This document shows positions 40,877 to 54,480 of a stretch of DNA of 64,000 bases, piece after piece. Numbering within the stretch: position 1 is the first letter of the stretch; each line of letters begins with the position of its first letter. The DNA comes from Paraspadella gotoi (Eukaryota; Animalia; Chaetognatha). Position numbers and translations under genes: made by a program. Under the pieces are notes generated by a model. The model was not told the origin of the DNA and ran no database searches. It worked only from the letters and a program-made list of their open reading frames with translations. Location: assembly GCA_051294375.1 (NCBI GenBank), contig CM119269.1:8939619-9003618 (forward strand), in the 5' to 3' direction.

Positions 40877-42363
40877 ACTTCCCGTTTTTTTCTGCCCTGA
40901 CTAGNNNNNNNNNNNNNNNNNNNNNNNNNCATTTGAGTCGATGTCACGCTGGGGGGAAATCGACCCCGCGTCTGTTGTCGTCGTCGTCCCTGTCGTCGTC
41001 GTCATCGTCGTCGACCGAATGACCTTGCTCCTTATGATTATTATTATAATGATAAAAATATAGATATATAAATATAAATATAAATATATAAATATATAAA
41101 TTTTAGATATTAATTAACAAGTAGAGGCGTTTCCTTTTCAAGGTTAGTTCTATTCGGGTGAAGTTTCGCACGAATTCACCAGAAAATTTGAATGAGGAAG
41201 AACATGGAGTGAGTTTAAATCTCACATGTGAACTGAGGTAAGTTTTTTTTCAGAATCTCTCAGGGTGAGTTTCGATCTTGAGAGCCAAAGAGAATTGAAT
41301 TAGTTATGTTCCTCCTCCTTATCTCTCCTCTTCACGATTTTCAAACTTACCATCTTGGAACAAATCCTCGCCCTCTCTTGAAGCAAAATTGCATCTATGA
41401 ATATTCCTATTGGACAAACTTTGTCGTCTTCGTCGCTATATTTGTCGTCGTCATCATTGTCGTCGTCGTCGTCGTCGTCGTCGTCGTTTCTTTAACGCGG
41501 ATTCCATTATTTTTGATGCGTCGACCCAAATCATATGGGTTCGTTTGTTCGCTTCGCCATCGACGCCAACGTCGGCAATGTCGCTTCTGCCGCCAACGCC
41601 ATTGATGCCCGTTCCTCCAGGGTTTTTTTTTTGTCGCGAACATTCTCGACGAAAACATTGGTTTGGTCATTGCGTTCCTTTCAATCGCCTTGCCATCCAT
41701 CAAGCACCTTACAAGCACCCAAATTTCTCAAGCATCGGAAGCACATATTGTTCCGTGTTTGCTTGCAAAATGCGTCACCTTTTTAGCATCGCAATTCCGT
41801 GCGACAGTGAGACTATGCAACTTTTACCACCAACGAAACCGCGACCGGCGCCCACCCTCTTTGGCGCCCAACCTCATCGGCGCCCAACCCCAAGCGCCCT
41901 CCCACGACGTGTTTTTTTTCGTCCCCTTCCCTTTTGTTTGCGTCAACAACGGGACGTCATTAATGGCGCGAGGCGCTCGATAATGGCGGAGGAGGAGGAG
42001 GAGGAGGAGGAGGAGGAGGGAAAGAGGTGGAGATGGTCAGAGGGAAGGGAAAATGTGGGAGGGAGGAAGAGGAGGAGGGAGAGAGGGAAAAGGGGAAGAG
42101 AGTGGAGATTGAGACAGAGAAGGGAAGAAGTGACGGAAGAAGAAACGTCAAAAAATAGAAGGGAAAATATTAAATATTATGTGAAAATAAAACCGATGAA
42201 TTGATAAAGAGTTTTATCAAATGAATCGTTAATGCCCGTTAATGGTTAAAGGGTGAGGGAGAAATCATTTATTTTTTTCTCTCGATTTTTTTGAGAATTT
42301 TATGACGAAACGATCTCGTTATTGGCGGAGAAATTGTGAGAATGTGAGATGATGGACAATTAA

Positions 42364-42417
<54 letters not shown>

Positions 42418-43559
42418 AGAGAAAGAGTAGAGAGAATTCCCGCGATCGGCAAAGCTCGATTTGCATGGGAAAACTCTTCTTCTCGTCACGTGACGATCAC
42501 GTGATGAAACGAAGAGGATAAATAACCATCAATTAAGGCGAATGCCATAATCACTTCTTTGTCGCCACGATACAGCCGCGACGTCAGTTGTTGTTGTCGT
42601 CGTCGTCCTCCTCTTCTTATTTTGACAAATGGTTTCTTCGGCATCTTTGTCGTTGTTGTTGTGAACTTAGTCGTCGACGTCGTTATATCGCCTTAAATAT
42701 TTGTCGTGAATATTTTGTAATTCGACAGTCACCCATAAATCACTTTTTCAGGTTTGACTCTTTTAAGTAAACGTCGTTGAGTCACGCAATCATAATTATC
42801 ATAGTCATCAGGTTTATATCTTCTTCAATATCATTCTCAACGCCGTTGTCGCCGTCGTCGTCATCTTCGCCTGCGTCGTCGTCATCGCCCTCATCGTCGT
42901 CGTCGTCATCTTGGCCACGCCCCCCTTTCGTGACTGGCGCTGATATTCCGTCGGAGGAACATGATTTATCCGTTACTCGTCCATTAGTTTACAACCGACG
43001 TCGTTTGTTTTGTCGCCTTAACGAGACTTTTTTGTTTTTTTTATTTACCTCTCGTTTCCGTTTCGGTGTGGGGGGGGGGAAATGAGGAGGAGGAGGAGGA
43101 GGAGGAGGGGGGAGAAGAGCTTGAAGAAAAAAACGGAGGTTGGTAGCTGAGAAGATAGAGGGAAGAGGGCGGCAGGGGAATGTGGTCGGGAAGGTCAAGA
43201 GGGCGCAGTTGGTCGCCTCGCCATCAATTTTCGCGGACGCAAATTTGTTTGTCGCGTATCGCTTTGTTTGTTTATGTTTGCATCGGTTCGTTTGTATGTC
43301 ACTGTTTGAATTACCCGTTTTACATGTAGATTTAAATAAAGAGAAAATTACAAGCGAATGAGAAAAACTATATTTTAATGTTCGTTAAAAAAAACAACGA
43401 AAAAATAATTTGAAATGGAACAAAAGAAGAAAACTTTTTCTTTTCTCATCGCAAAGCGACTTTCTGCCTCTCGAGTCTCGATCCGCAGTCAAAGCGAACG
43501 AGAGAATTCATATTGGGATTCTTGATTCGATTATGATGTTGGCGCCACTGGAAACGGAG

Positions 43560-43623
<64 letters not shown>

Positions 43624-43787
43624 GAGGAGAGAGAGAGGAGACCCGAGTAAGCGATTCTAGTTTAAGAATTAATTGCGGGTCTCGGGCGACCCGCGAGGGC
43701 AGAGAGGATGAGACGAAATGAGGCTCCATAAGAATCATCACTCAGACCAGACGAAAAAGATATCTCCTCTTCAACGAAGAAAAGAGA

Positions 43788-43825
<38 letters not shown>

Positions 43826-44981
43826 AGAGATGAGAGAGAGGAGGAGAGAGGAGAGAGAAGAAGAGAGAGAAGAGAAGCGGGTGCGGGGGAACGAAAAACC
43901 CTGCGCGCGCAACCGGGCGTTCGACGTGTGAGAAGGACAGGGAACAAGGGAGAAGGGAGAGGAGGAGGGGAAGGTGAGAGAAGAGAATACAAGAAAGGGG
44001 AGGGGAGGAAGAAGAAATAAGAAAGAGATGATGATATTAAAGGGAAGGAGAAATTGGGAATGATGAGGAAGATATAAAAGTGGAGGTAAGGAGGAAAGGA
44101 GGGAAAGAACGAGGAAAGAAGAAATGAGAAGGGACGGGTCTGGATATGAGTAGGTCATCTTTCCAGGTCGCCTGTGGGTGTCGCGCCAGATCGACTCAGG
44201 ATGGGATGGTAAAAAGATTGAGAGTCAGTCAGAGTGAGAGAGAGACAGAGAGAGGAAAGGTGATAAAAAGGAGGAAGTAAAGAAGGCGAAAGGTAAAAAG
44301 AGGAGAAAAGGAGAATAAAAAAGAAAAGAACAGACATAAAAAGAAAAGAAAGAGAGAGAAGGAGTTGACATAATCGATTCAAAGACAGAAAGAGACTCGA
44401 CGAAACTTTGGGGGGGGGGAGTTGGGGGAATTTGGAACCTTTCTTTTTGACCTCCTTTTCCCTCCCCAGAAAAAAAGAAAAAGCTTTTTTCGGTAAACAT
44501 AACAAAAGTTAAGATTTTTCTCTTTTGGCAAATCGATGCTGGATCCTCGCCATAGGAGGCGGGAAGGAGGGACAGATAGAGAGCGAGTGGAGAGAGAGAT
44601 GGAGAGCGAGTTGGGGGAGAGATGGAGAGCGAGTGGGCAGAGAGATGGAGAGCGAGAAGAGGCAGGAAGGGGAAAATGAACGTGAAGGTGGCATGGCAGA
44701 GGACAAGAGGGGGAAAGGAGAGACAGGGAAAAGACCTTGTTATGAAATGGCTGAAACGCTGGCTATTAATAAAAGACAACAACAACAACAACAAAGAACT
44801 TTTTTAAAAAATTGGTCTTTCTTAACTAAACATAATCTCTTAGACCAAAATCGGCCCTTGTCTTTGATAACTCCCCCCCCCCCCGCCCGCCGAAACGCAA
44901 TTGGCGATTGGAAATTGTCTATTCAAACCTCGACTAAATAGGAAGTCGCAAAGCCAAGATTTTCCTTTTTTTATTTTTACT

Positions 44982-45024
<43 letters not shown>

Positions 45025-45661
45025 TCCCTCTTCTCTCTCTCTCTCTTCTCTCTCCTCTCTTTTTTATCTCCAATATTTTATTGGCTGACCATGTCTGAAA
45101 TTCAATGGGCAAAGATTGAAAAATTTCGTCTGCTCTTCGGACCTTTTTTTCCTCCACACACATCATCTGCATTAGTGTACGTATGAAAGTGAAAGTGAAA
45201 AATGAAAGTGATAATTACGGTAATTTTACATTCTGCATAAAAATCAAATGTGCAATCTGTGTCGTTTAGTAATTATTATATTATTGACAGTTGTTGTGGA
45301 AAACGTTACTTTCCATCGTCCATGTCTCTCCTCAGTTTTTTGGTATTTTTTTCTTATTTTTTTCTAAGAACATTTTACTTTGAATAAAAGGTCATACATT
45401 CATTCTTTATCTCGTTCACTCACTCTCTCTCTTTATCTCGTATCATATATAATAATATATATATATAAATAAACAATTATATAATATACATGTCTGTATC
45501 TTATCTTCTTTAAAGTTATTCCCCGCCAATATTTTGCGCTCTCTTTATCCAAACCCGAGGTCGAAATTTATTGAAATGCTTTTGTTTGAAATATTCAAGC
45601 GGGAACGAGAGAAGGATGAGAGAGAAAGAGAGAAAGAGAGAGAGAGAGAGAGAGAGTCGGT

Positions 45662-48600
45662 ATTGGTTTTTTTTTTATATAATTAAATACTAAATACGGC
45701 AAATTAGAAGCTAGATTCGGCAAATAGCAAGCCTTAGCTAACTTTGGGAAGTTTCGTTTTCGGTGCGGGCCATCCTTAAAAACCAAAAAAGAGGGATTTT
45801 CTTGAAAGGAAAAAGGAAGAATAAATAAATAAAAATAAATGGAAATAAGAAGCGCAATGGTCATTCGTTTTGTTTACAACGGTCAGGAGAAACGCCGGTT
45901 AGACGTCGCAAGAGATAATCGATAGTGGAGGCGAGAAAGAGGGAAAGGAAAGAAGAATGGGGACGTAAGAAAAAGTAGTGTATTGAAGGTGTAAATGAAG
46001 ACGGAAGAGAGAAAAGAAAAAAAAAGAGAAGTAAGTTAGAGAAAGAAAGAGAAAGAAAGTTTAGTAGAAAAGATCGAGGACAACTAAGATTACATGAAAG
46101 AGTTTTCTTGAGGGATTTCGCTTGAATGCGAGTTGAAAGTTTTGCAAGTTGATGATTCGCATTTGGTAAATAAGAAATAAACTTCATCTTTCATATGAGC
46201 CTTAGTTGCGACTGAATTCATTGGATTAGGCGGTCGAATAGGACTTTCTGATTGCATTAGCGGATAGATATAATATGCATTGACTGCAACGAGATCAAGC
46301 ATTGCTTGACTAACTCGTGTTGCGTATATCAAAATAAACTTTTAATTAGAGGTATAATTTCAGATAGATGTAATTGTAACATAATTGTGAGACTGGTTAG
46401 TATTACCTGACGATATGCCACTCGTGGTTGAAAATAGTTACATCTTCTCATAACTCTCTCTCAGCTAACAGACCTAGCTATCCTATTCTCTCTCCGCTTT
46501 CAATCCATAGAGGTTCTCTAGAGAGTGCTCTCTCTCTCGTCTCTCGGTCCGTCTCGTCTCTCGGCTTATTGCCTGCAACTCTGAGTGGACCTGATGTTTA
46601 TTCGTTCATTTAAACGCGAAATGCTGGGAGCGAAGTGTGAAATTTTTTTTATTTCTGTAATATGTTTTTGATTGTGGTTAATCGCTGTTTCTGGTGTATA
46701 AAAAAAAATTTATTAAGATACAATCCTCTCTGTTCTGCGGCTGTTTGTTTTTCTCCAGATTATGTTTTCTTCGATTTTTGTTTTGTTGAATTGCATGTTT
46801 GTTTTTGATTGACCTTTGGTTGAAATTTTTATATATTTTTGGATGATTTTATGAACATTTTAGTAGTGTATGTGTTTTGATACCTGTTAGTGGTGGTCTC
46901 TGTTGAGTGTATATAATCTTTTTTTCCGTGACTCAGCTCTAGGTCGTTCATTTTTTTTTTATACTGTTGTTCTAGTCGTTTTTATGCTGTTATTCCCGTA
47001 GCCGTTATTCTATTACTGAGTTATTCTTATTTTACTGTTGCGTTGATTGGCAACTGTTATATCGCCATCTAACTGGTGCTTTGAATTGATGTTTCTGATG
47101 TCCGTTTCCCCGTAGCCTGCACCTCACTCCATCCGCATCGGACCTCACCGCCTGTCTTGGTTACCCCAGTGGTCAGCCCCTGTTCGTTTGGCTGTCGGGA
47201 CCCAGGTCACTGGAAGCTTTCCTCCGCATCGGCCATGTTATTCTTGTTCCTCCACCGATGTGGTGCGTTACCTAGGCTCGCGTTTTCTTGATTCAGGCGT
47301 CTTCGCATACGATGCCCTGTCGGTCTCTCTTCAGGGATACCGTCTTCTTCTTGTAAATGGGGGAAAGTGTTAATTTCAATAACTTATGAAATTGTATTAC
47401 TGAACATTCTATATACCGTTTTCTATTGGTTTCTAAGAGCATTTCTCTCTTTCCCTGGCCAATAGATCCACACTTACTCACATTTCATCCATGCGATTAA
47501 ATATTGTTCGGTTTTAGGATTTTTTTGGCTTTACGAGCCAAACTATGATGGGGGGGGATTTCAATATCCGTCGGAGGAATAATAAATTTTTACGATGGAA
47601 AGAGATGACAAATTAACTGAACTCATTAGCTATATTTTTTGCCAAGGTGTAAAATATGGACTGTACGAAGGTGGTCTTAATTTTTTGGCTATACTTGATC
47701 CATTTATTTATTACTTTATTCCTTTTTTAGTTTTTCTGTTTAGTAAATATTACTTTTTATTTAGAGACTACAATGTATTGAATTGTTACTATTAAAGCCA
47801 TGTTATTTCTTCGTTCTTTTTGCTGGTCTCTCAATCTCACCGGTAAAAATTACTCTCATCCTCCTTGCCAAATTACCTTCTAAATTTGGCCTTACAACTG
47901 CACTCTAATGACACTCCACTAGTCCGCATCCATAAAAACGATCGCGTTTCTATTTCAGTTTTCTATATATCCTCTCTCCGTATGAAGTCTGCCTTCCGAT
48001 ATGTAGGAATGCCAAGGAATTCTCTCCGCCGCCCGTAACCGTGCGGAAGCCTGTCCAAGGAACTCCTTTTGGCTGCCTGCCACGTGTTCATCAAGGTTTA
48101 CCGACGGCCAATCCAGGAAAAAAACCATCTAATTCTTCGCACCGCCAACATTCCGAAATCAATTACAGCCGCCATGCGTTTCGGCATTCAAAACGGATCT
48201 CAAGGACAATTCCGGTCATCCTTATGATTTTCTAACAAAGACGTGCGATTGGGTAGGACGGAATTTACACAGAGTTTTATTCCAATTAAAGACTATATCT
48301 CCATAATTAGGTTACTTACTTATTAATTATTGAAGTTATCCACGCCTGAAGGGCTTATAGGGATCTTTATATATTCGGGGGTAAAAAAGATTTTTTTTCC
48401 TTTATTTAGTTTTATCCGGATTTTCAGTTAACCGTTCTTTTGTTACGCCTCGTAACTTGGGTTTCTTTCACCCTCTTTAGAATTCGTTCCCACTTTGTGT
48501 CCTCTCCTCTGTTTGTCGTAACGTTGGTTTACTGATACTCGGTTTCTTCTAAAAAGCATACTTTACTCCCTTCTTTTCTTAGCTCTTTGGTTTTAAAAAA

Positions 48601-51600
48601 TATGTGTTTAACTAATAAAAGTAAGGCTTTTATTCACTAGTTCACCGTTGTTTATTTGAGTATAGTGATGATATAATGCTCTTAATTTAATTACTTCTTT
48701 GTTCCTTTTTCTCCTTCTTCTTCGATTCATCTTATACTCTTTACGCTCACGTATGTACGTCTGTTAAATTATGACTTTCCTCTTCTTACATAATAGTATT
48801 ATATATATATATTTTCTCTTTCATCCCATGTATTATCCACTTCTCTAAGATAACCGTTTATCTTCGGACCTTATATTGGCTCTTCAGGCCTTTCATCAAG
48901 CCGTTTCTCTTCAATGGACTACACCATTATCTTTCACTACAATCGACAAAATATAAGCCCTCTTTACCTATTAATCATCATTTAGTCTATGGTAATTGGG
49001 TTATTTTTATTATTATTAATGTCTAACTTTATAATATTTTATATTTTATACACAATTATCGGTTATTTATATGTTTAATTTTATTAAGATACTATTATGT
49101 AATTACCCTATGGCGATTTCCTATCTTATTACTCAAGATTAATTTCGAATATATGCTGTTGGATTAATATTTTTTCTCTTTTTTTCTTCTCTTCTTCCTC
49201 TTGTTAATCATGCCTTTTTTCGCCTTCTTTTTGTCCTATCTTCCGGCCTCACCCACCTTTTTTTAATTCTTCTTTTTTTTTTTTTTTTATTTGCTCCGTT
49301 CTCTTGCATTTTTTTTTTTTTCTTTGGCCTCCACTCTTTTTTTCTACCACCTTCAAAGGTCGCAATGTTTTCCGATTCTATATATTTGGCTTTCCTGCCT
49401 TTTTTCCCCGATGTTTGTCCGGCTTCTCTGTGATATTAACGACGCATTCGCAATGCTGTATCACCTTCGATGCCTAAACCGTTATATCTTGTCTCCACTT
49501 TGATGTACGTACCGTACGAGAGTACGAGAGATGCATTTTGTTTCGACGAGTAGAGAGTATGAGTTATGAGAAGTATGAGAGAGAGAAGATATGTAATGAG
49601 TATGATGTTTAGTTGCAGAAGGTTGTTAGTAGATTCCGTACTGAGAGATGATGAGCGTACCATATGTAGTGACTTACTGCACCATATTCCTTGAAGAGTA
49701 GACGAGCATTCCTCAGATGGATGCATTTTTGTTTACATGACTACTGCTTCCACACCTTCGAAAGGTAGGTACAGTGGTGGCGTCGAATCTCTCGTTCAGT
49801 GATAATACAAGCTTGCCTCCTTAAACTGGTTTATATTTTTTTTTATTTTTCTTTTTTGCGCTGTGTGTGTTTTTTATTTTTTAAGGTTAACATCATTGTG
49901 AGTACGTTCGGTTGGACATCTTGAGGATGTTACAAGGTCAATGTATTATAAAGAAAGCTCGTATCATATTTGTCGACTCACTGACTGCGTGAAGACGGTT
50001 GAGGTTTAAATATAGGGAAGAGTAACTTGACGCAGCGCGGTGCCGAATATGCCGCATATTTAAGTGTGGGAAAGGATTTATAGAGAGCGCTGTATCTCAG
50101 ATGACGTTTTTATCGATCTGTCTCGCAAGTCTGAGATACTAGAAGCATTTAGTATGCATGATGATATATAAAGCTTGTCCGTCCCTATCATCATCCCGTT
50201 GTTTTTACTTAAAATAGTGGATCAGTAGCTTGTCGTGTACTGCAGAGACCGAAGGTCCCGATTCATGGTAGCATAACAATGTTTAATGCACCCATTCACA
50301 CACCAAAAGACGATGCGCAGTTTGAGTGCCGCAGCCCACGTCGTAGTCTCTGCGTTGGCGTTCCAAGATGGTGTGTGGCGAACGTTCATAGTCCCGGTCG
50401 CTGTGACTTATCGAAGAAACGCTGCATGAGGCTCGGGTAATGGTGACACTATAGCTGAGTGCGTTTGGGTTTCGGGATGAGATTTTTGTAAGCCATCGTA
50501 CGTTGCAGCAAGACTCGGACGCAATTTCGTACAGAAGTTCGAATTTCGACTCAATCTAGATGTATATTTATGGCGCCTGCACGATGCTGTGGTAGGCAAA
50601 GATTCAAGTCTCAGTCATTAATATCCGATTGTCAATATATGAGTTCAAGTCAAAGCACTTTCAATGCCAATCAATAATCTAGGAAATAATTTAGTCAATC
50701 ATCAATCAAGCTTTCTCACTTGCTGACGTCTCTCTCTCATTTCAATCATCTGCCGCGTGTGCCCAGAATAAAGTTCAGATTCCTCTCTCTTCCGCCTCGA
50801 TTCTCTTGACAAAGAGCGATAATAAAAATAATACGACCCCGTGAACCTTTCCTCTTCCCGTCACGAGAATTTGGATATTTTTTCACCACCAAAATCTCTC
50901 TCTCCTCTCTCCTCTCTTCTCTTCGTATACATAGATCCAGGTCTCCTCCTTTCTTCTCTCTCTCTCTCTTCTCTCCTCTCGTTGGGACTGGACTAGGTAA
51001 TTGGAGGATCGGAGATGATCAAGCCTGTGCGTGGGAAATTGACCCCCCACGTCCCGCGTCTTGTTGTGTTCCGGTCGTCCTGGTCGTCGTCGTCAATCGT
51101 TCCGTCGGATCCGATGACGTGTGTCTCCTTATGTATTATTATTATATAATTGATATATTAGATTATAGTAAGTTATATATATGGACTTAATCGTAAAATA
51201 ATGAGTAATTTTAGATAATTTAATTAAACGCAGGTACGGAGGGTTTCTTTTCAAGGTTTAGTTCTAATTCGGAACTGTGAAAGTTTTCCTGCCTAGAATT
51301 CACATGCGCAGTCTCCTCTACTGTACAGAATTTGGATAACGTGGGAAAATGACACATGGAGTGGTTTAAAAATCTCCAAAGTTGCTGAATCTCCTCGAGG
51401 TATCGGTTATTTCTTTTCAAGAATCTCATCAGGGTGAGGTTTCGATATCTTTGAGATGACCAAGAGTAAATTCGACATCTCATGCGCTTATGTTCTCCTA
51501 CTACTTAGTTCTCTCCTCCTCTCTTCAACGATTCTTTCAAGACTTACCCTCTTGGAATACAAATCCTCTCTCTACCGGCGCTTCTTCTGCGAGCAAAAAT

Positions 51601-53450
51601 TGCCACTGGTATGAAATATATAGAGATCCTCATGTCTCAGAGTTTGGAATCCACTTAGAGCTATTCTAGAGTCGATATGTTAGATTACATTCATACGCTG
51701 AATTCGCTAAAATAAGTTATTTTTATATGTCGAATCGCTCAATTACAAACGATTCGTTAGTTCACGTAGCGCTCGGACCAGAGAAGTTGATTTTCCACGA
51801 GGAAAGTCTGGTCTTATTAATAGAGAGTATGCGTATGATCTTTAAAAACGAGACAGCCCGTGATTAAATCACATTAACGTCTATATTTTGGTGATAGAAT
51901 GCTTCGACGCGTTTAATGTTCTTATACAGTTTTATATGGTGAATCGAATTGTGTAGAAAATAGCTATTGATCATCAGAATCAGCACAAGTAAACATTACA
52001 AGAGAAAGCACGATACGACGCCATTGTTGAGCATAAGGTACGGCTTTCTCAACCGCCAAACATACTCGCACTCATAGTGGCCACCGTTCCTAACCACTCC
52101 AGGGGTTGTTTTATACTCTGTAATGTATATTGGTATTCACGTTCGATACCAAATCTTTCATGTTAAACTAAGTGTAACTATTGCGTTGTCGGGTCATCTT
52201 ATGCCGACTGGACTTCTCCTATTTTCTACACACTATTTTTCCGTCGCGCACTATTTCCAGTCCAATTCTCTGAACTATTATTCAAACCTGTAACTCCAGC
52301 CCTTACGGCCACATTACAATATTCTCAGATCCATAATGTACATTTCTTATGGGCATCGGAAGTCAAATATTGTTTACCGCTTGATCACTCGAACCCTTCG
52401 CAATTCAACTGTGCCTACCCGTAACATAAAACCACACGTTCCAAAGCGATATTTTAATTGGCTCGTGACAACTCTCGAGTAAGCCGAAACAACTAGGTGA
52501 GAATCTTCGTATCTGCACCTATTAATAACACTTGAACCAACGAAAACACCGCAGAACTGCCGGGGACCACGGAGGCCCACCCTCCTTTGGCGCCACTCAT
52601 CGGGCGGCCAGCCCAGCGCCTCCACGAGTGTTTTTTGTTTCGTCCCCTTCCCTTTGTTTCGATCACACAGAGGTGCTCATTACCAAGGCGAGGCGCTTCA
52701 GACTTGATAATAGGGCCGGAGGTACGTGAGAGGAGGAGGTCATGCGACGGCCGAAGGCGAACGACGAATCCTTTTCGAGCGCTCCGCGGTAGTCGGGCAC
52801 CAAGTGGGGATCTCCCGCGTAACGTTGTGCGGCCGGACGAGCGGGGAAGTCGCGCACGGCCTAAGGAGGGACTCAGAGTCGTTGGAGTCAGCAGAGGGAA
52901 GGGATATGTCTGTGGAGTAGGATGCCGGTTGGGGAGAGGGAGAGGGGAGGGACGGGAGGGAGGCAGGGTGGAGAGGAGGAACTGGGCACGGAGGTTTGGT
53001 TGTGTACATTCTCATCGGAATAGGACAGAGGAGAAGAGGTGAAGGACGCTCGGGTTGATCGGAAGCGCATGTGAATGCAGTGGCAGAGGAAAAATATGAA
53101 AGAATGAGGGTGGGATATCTAGGTATATTATGGTGCGAAAAATCAAAACAACTGAGATGATTTGTGTTTAGATTTACGGCAGGTTTAGTAAACGCAGATA
53201 GACTGGAGGTATATCCGGTTGCACTCTGTAGGCGATGAGTGTATAGAGGTTAGTGAGGGAGAGTGAGAGTCATGGTTTGCGAGAAATTTTTGGGTTTTTT
53301 CGATCTTCGCAAGTTCGAGTTTTTGAATTGTAGCGTAGAGAATTTTTGAGCCCGGGAAACGGATATTCTGTTATATCAGGCGGAGGAAATTGATTGAAGA
53401 ATGTGGATGTATGGAAATTAAAGGGGAGGAGAGAGAAGGAGAGAGAGGAG
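45662..53450 (+). other. Low-quality re-read of ~35710-42430 (probable raw long-read gap fill)
   Basis: 45662-46450 aligns to 35710-36400 with progressively increasing insertions; ~50990-51570 and ~52530-53450 align noisily to 40900-42430; the middle is unrecognisable but of the expected length. Confidence 0.8.
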
Positions 53451-53458
53451 AGGAAGAG

Positions 53459-53509
<51 letters not shown>

Positions 53510-53522
53510 GAGAAAGAGAGAG

Positions 53523-53558
<36 letters not shown>

Positions 53559-53694
53559 AAGGAAAGATAAGAAGGGGAGAAAAGAGAGAGAGGGAGGGAG
53601 AAGAAAGGAGAAAGACAGAAGAAATGAGAAGAAAAGGAAGCAGACAGAAAGAGAGAAAGAGACGCAGAGAGAACTAGAAGAGAGAGAAGAGAAA

Positions 53695-53811
53695 GAGAAA
53701 ACAACAAATCCTGGAGTTGACTTTACCTTTTTTGACTGTCTGGATTTTTTTCTTTCTCTCTCTTAACTCCTCTGTATTTCTCTCTCTCTTCTCTCTCTCT
53801 TCTCTCGTCTC

Positions 53812-53851
<40 letters not shown>

Positions 53852-54104
53852 CTCTCTNNNNNNNNNNNNNNNNNNNNNNNNNTCCTTCTCTCCTTCCTCC
53901 CCTCTTTCTCCTCCTCCTCTTCCTCCTCTTCCGCCGCAATTCCCCCTCTTTCATCCCCCATAGTGCAGTCAGGATTAATGGTTATTATGACTGTTTTTCT
54001 CTCGTTGGGCGGCCAGCGGCCTCATAGATTTTCGCCTAGGGAGAGGGAGGGGCTTAAAGGGAGTGGGAGAGAGAAAGAGGGAGAGAGAGAGAGAGAGAGA
54101 GTAA

Positions 54105-54136
<32 letters not shown>

Positions 54137-54141
54137 AGAGA

Positions 54142-54179
<38 letters not shown>

Positions 54180-54409
54180 TGAGAGAGAGGAGAGGAGACA
54201 GAAGAGAGGAGAAAGAGAGAGAGAGAAAGAAAGGAGATGAAGGGAGAAAAGAGAGAGGGGAGGGAAAAGAGACAGACAGAAAAAGAGATGATAGGAGAGA
54301 GAGAGAGAGAAGAGAGAGAGAGAAAGAGAGAAAAAACAAAAATCCTGGGTTGACTTTACCTTTTTGACTTGTCTGATTTTTTTTCTTTTCTCTCTCTAAC
54401 TCCTCTGTA

Positions 54410-54475
<66 letters not shown>

Positions 54476-54480
54476 TCTCT
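53695..54480 (+). repeat. Local duplication across a 25-N gap (53695-53857 vs ~54325-54480)
   Basis: AAATCCTGG(A/G)GTTGACTTTACCTTTTTTGACT..CTCCTCTGTATTTCTC occurs on both sides of the gap at 53858-53882. Confidence 0.8.

Larger units (their letters stand above)
19368..40880 (+). repeat. 9.3-kb direct duplication: copy 1 19368-28668; copy 2 28669-36786 plus 39653-40880
   Basis: Both copies start ACACGGATTGAACCCTAAGATTC (19368, 28669), are collinear, and end at ...AGAAGAAATTGCGCAG..(TC)n. Copy 2 has frequent 1-bp indels. Confidence 0.95.

Noticed and set aside
41410-42204. 264-aa ORF
   Set aside because: Non-ATG start, bounded by (CGT)n and (GAG)n repeats, with no codon bias or recognisable domain.
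46500-50900. Horizontally acquired or viral insert suggested by the different sequence texture
   Set aside because: No long ORFs; flanked on both sides by progressively degraded copies of 35710-42430 at the expected spacing, which indicates read noise.
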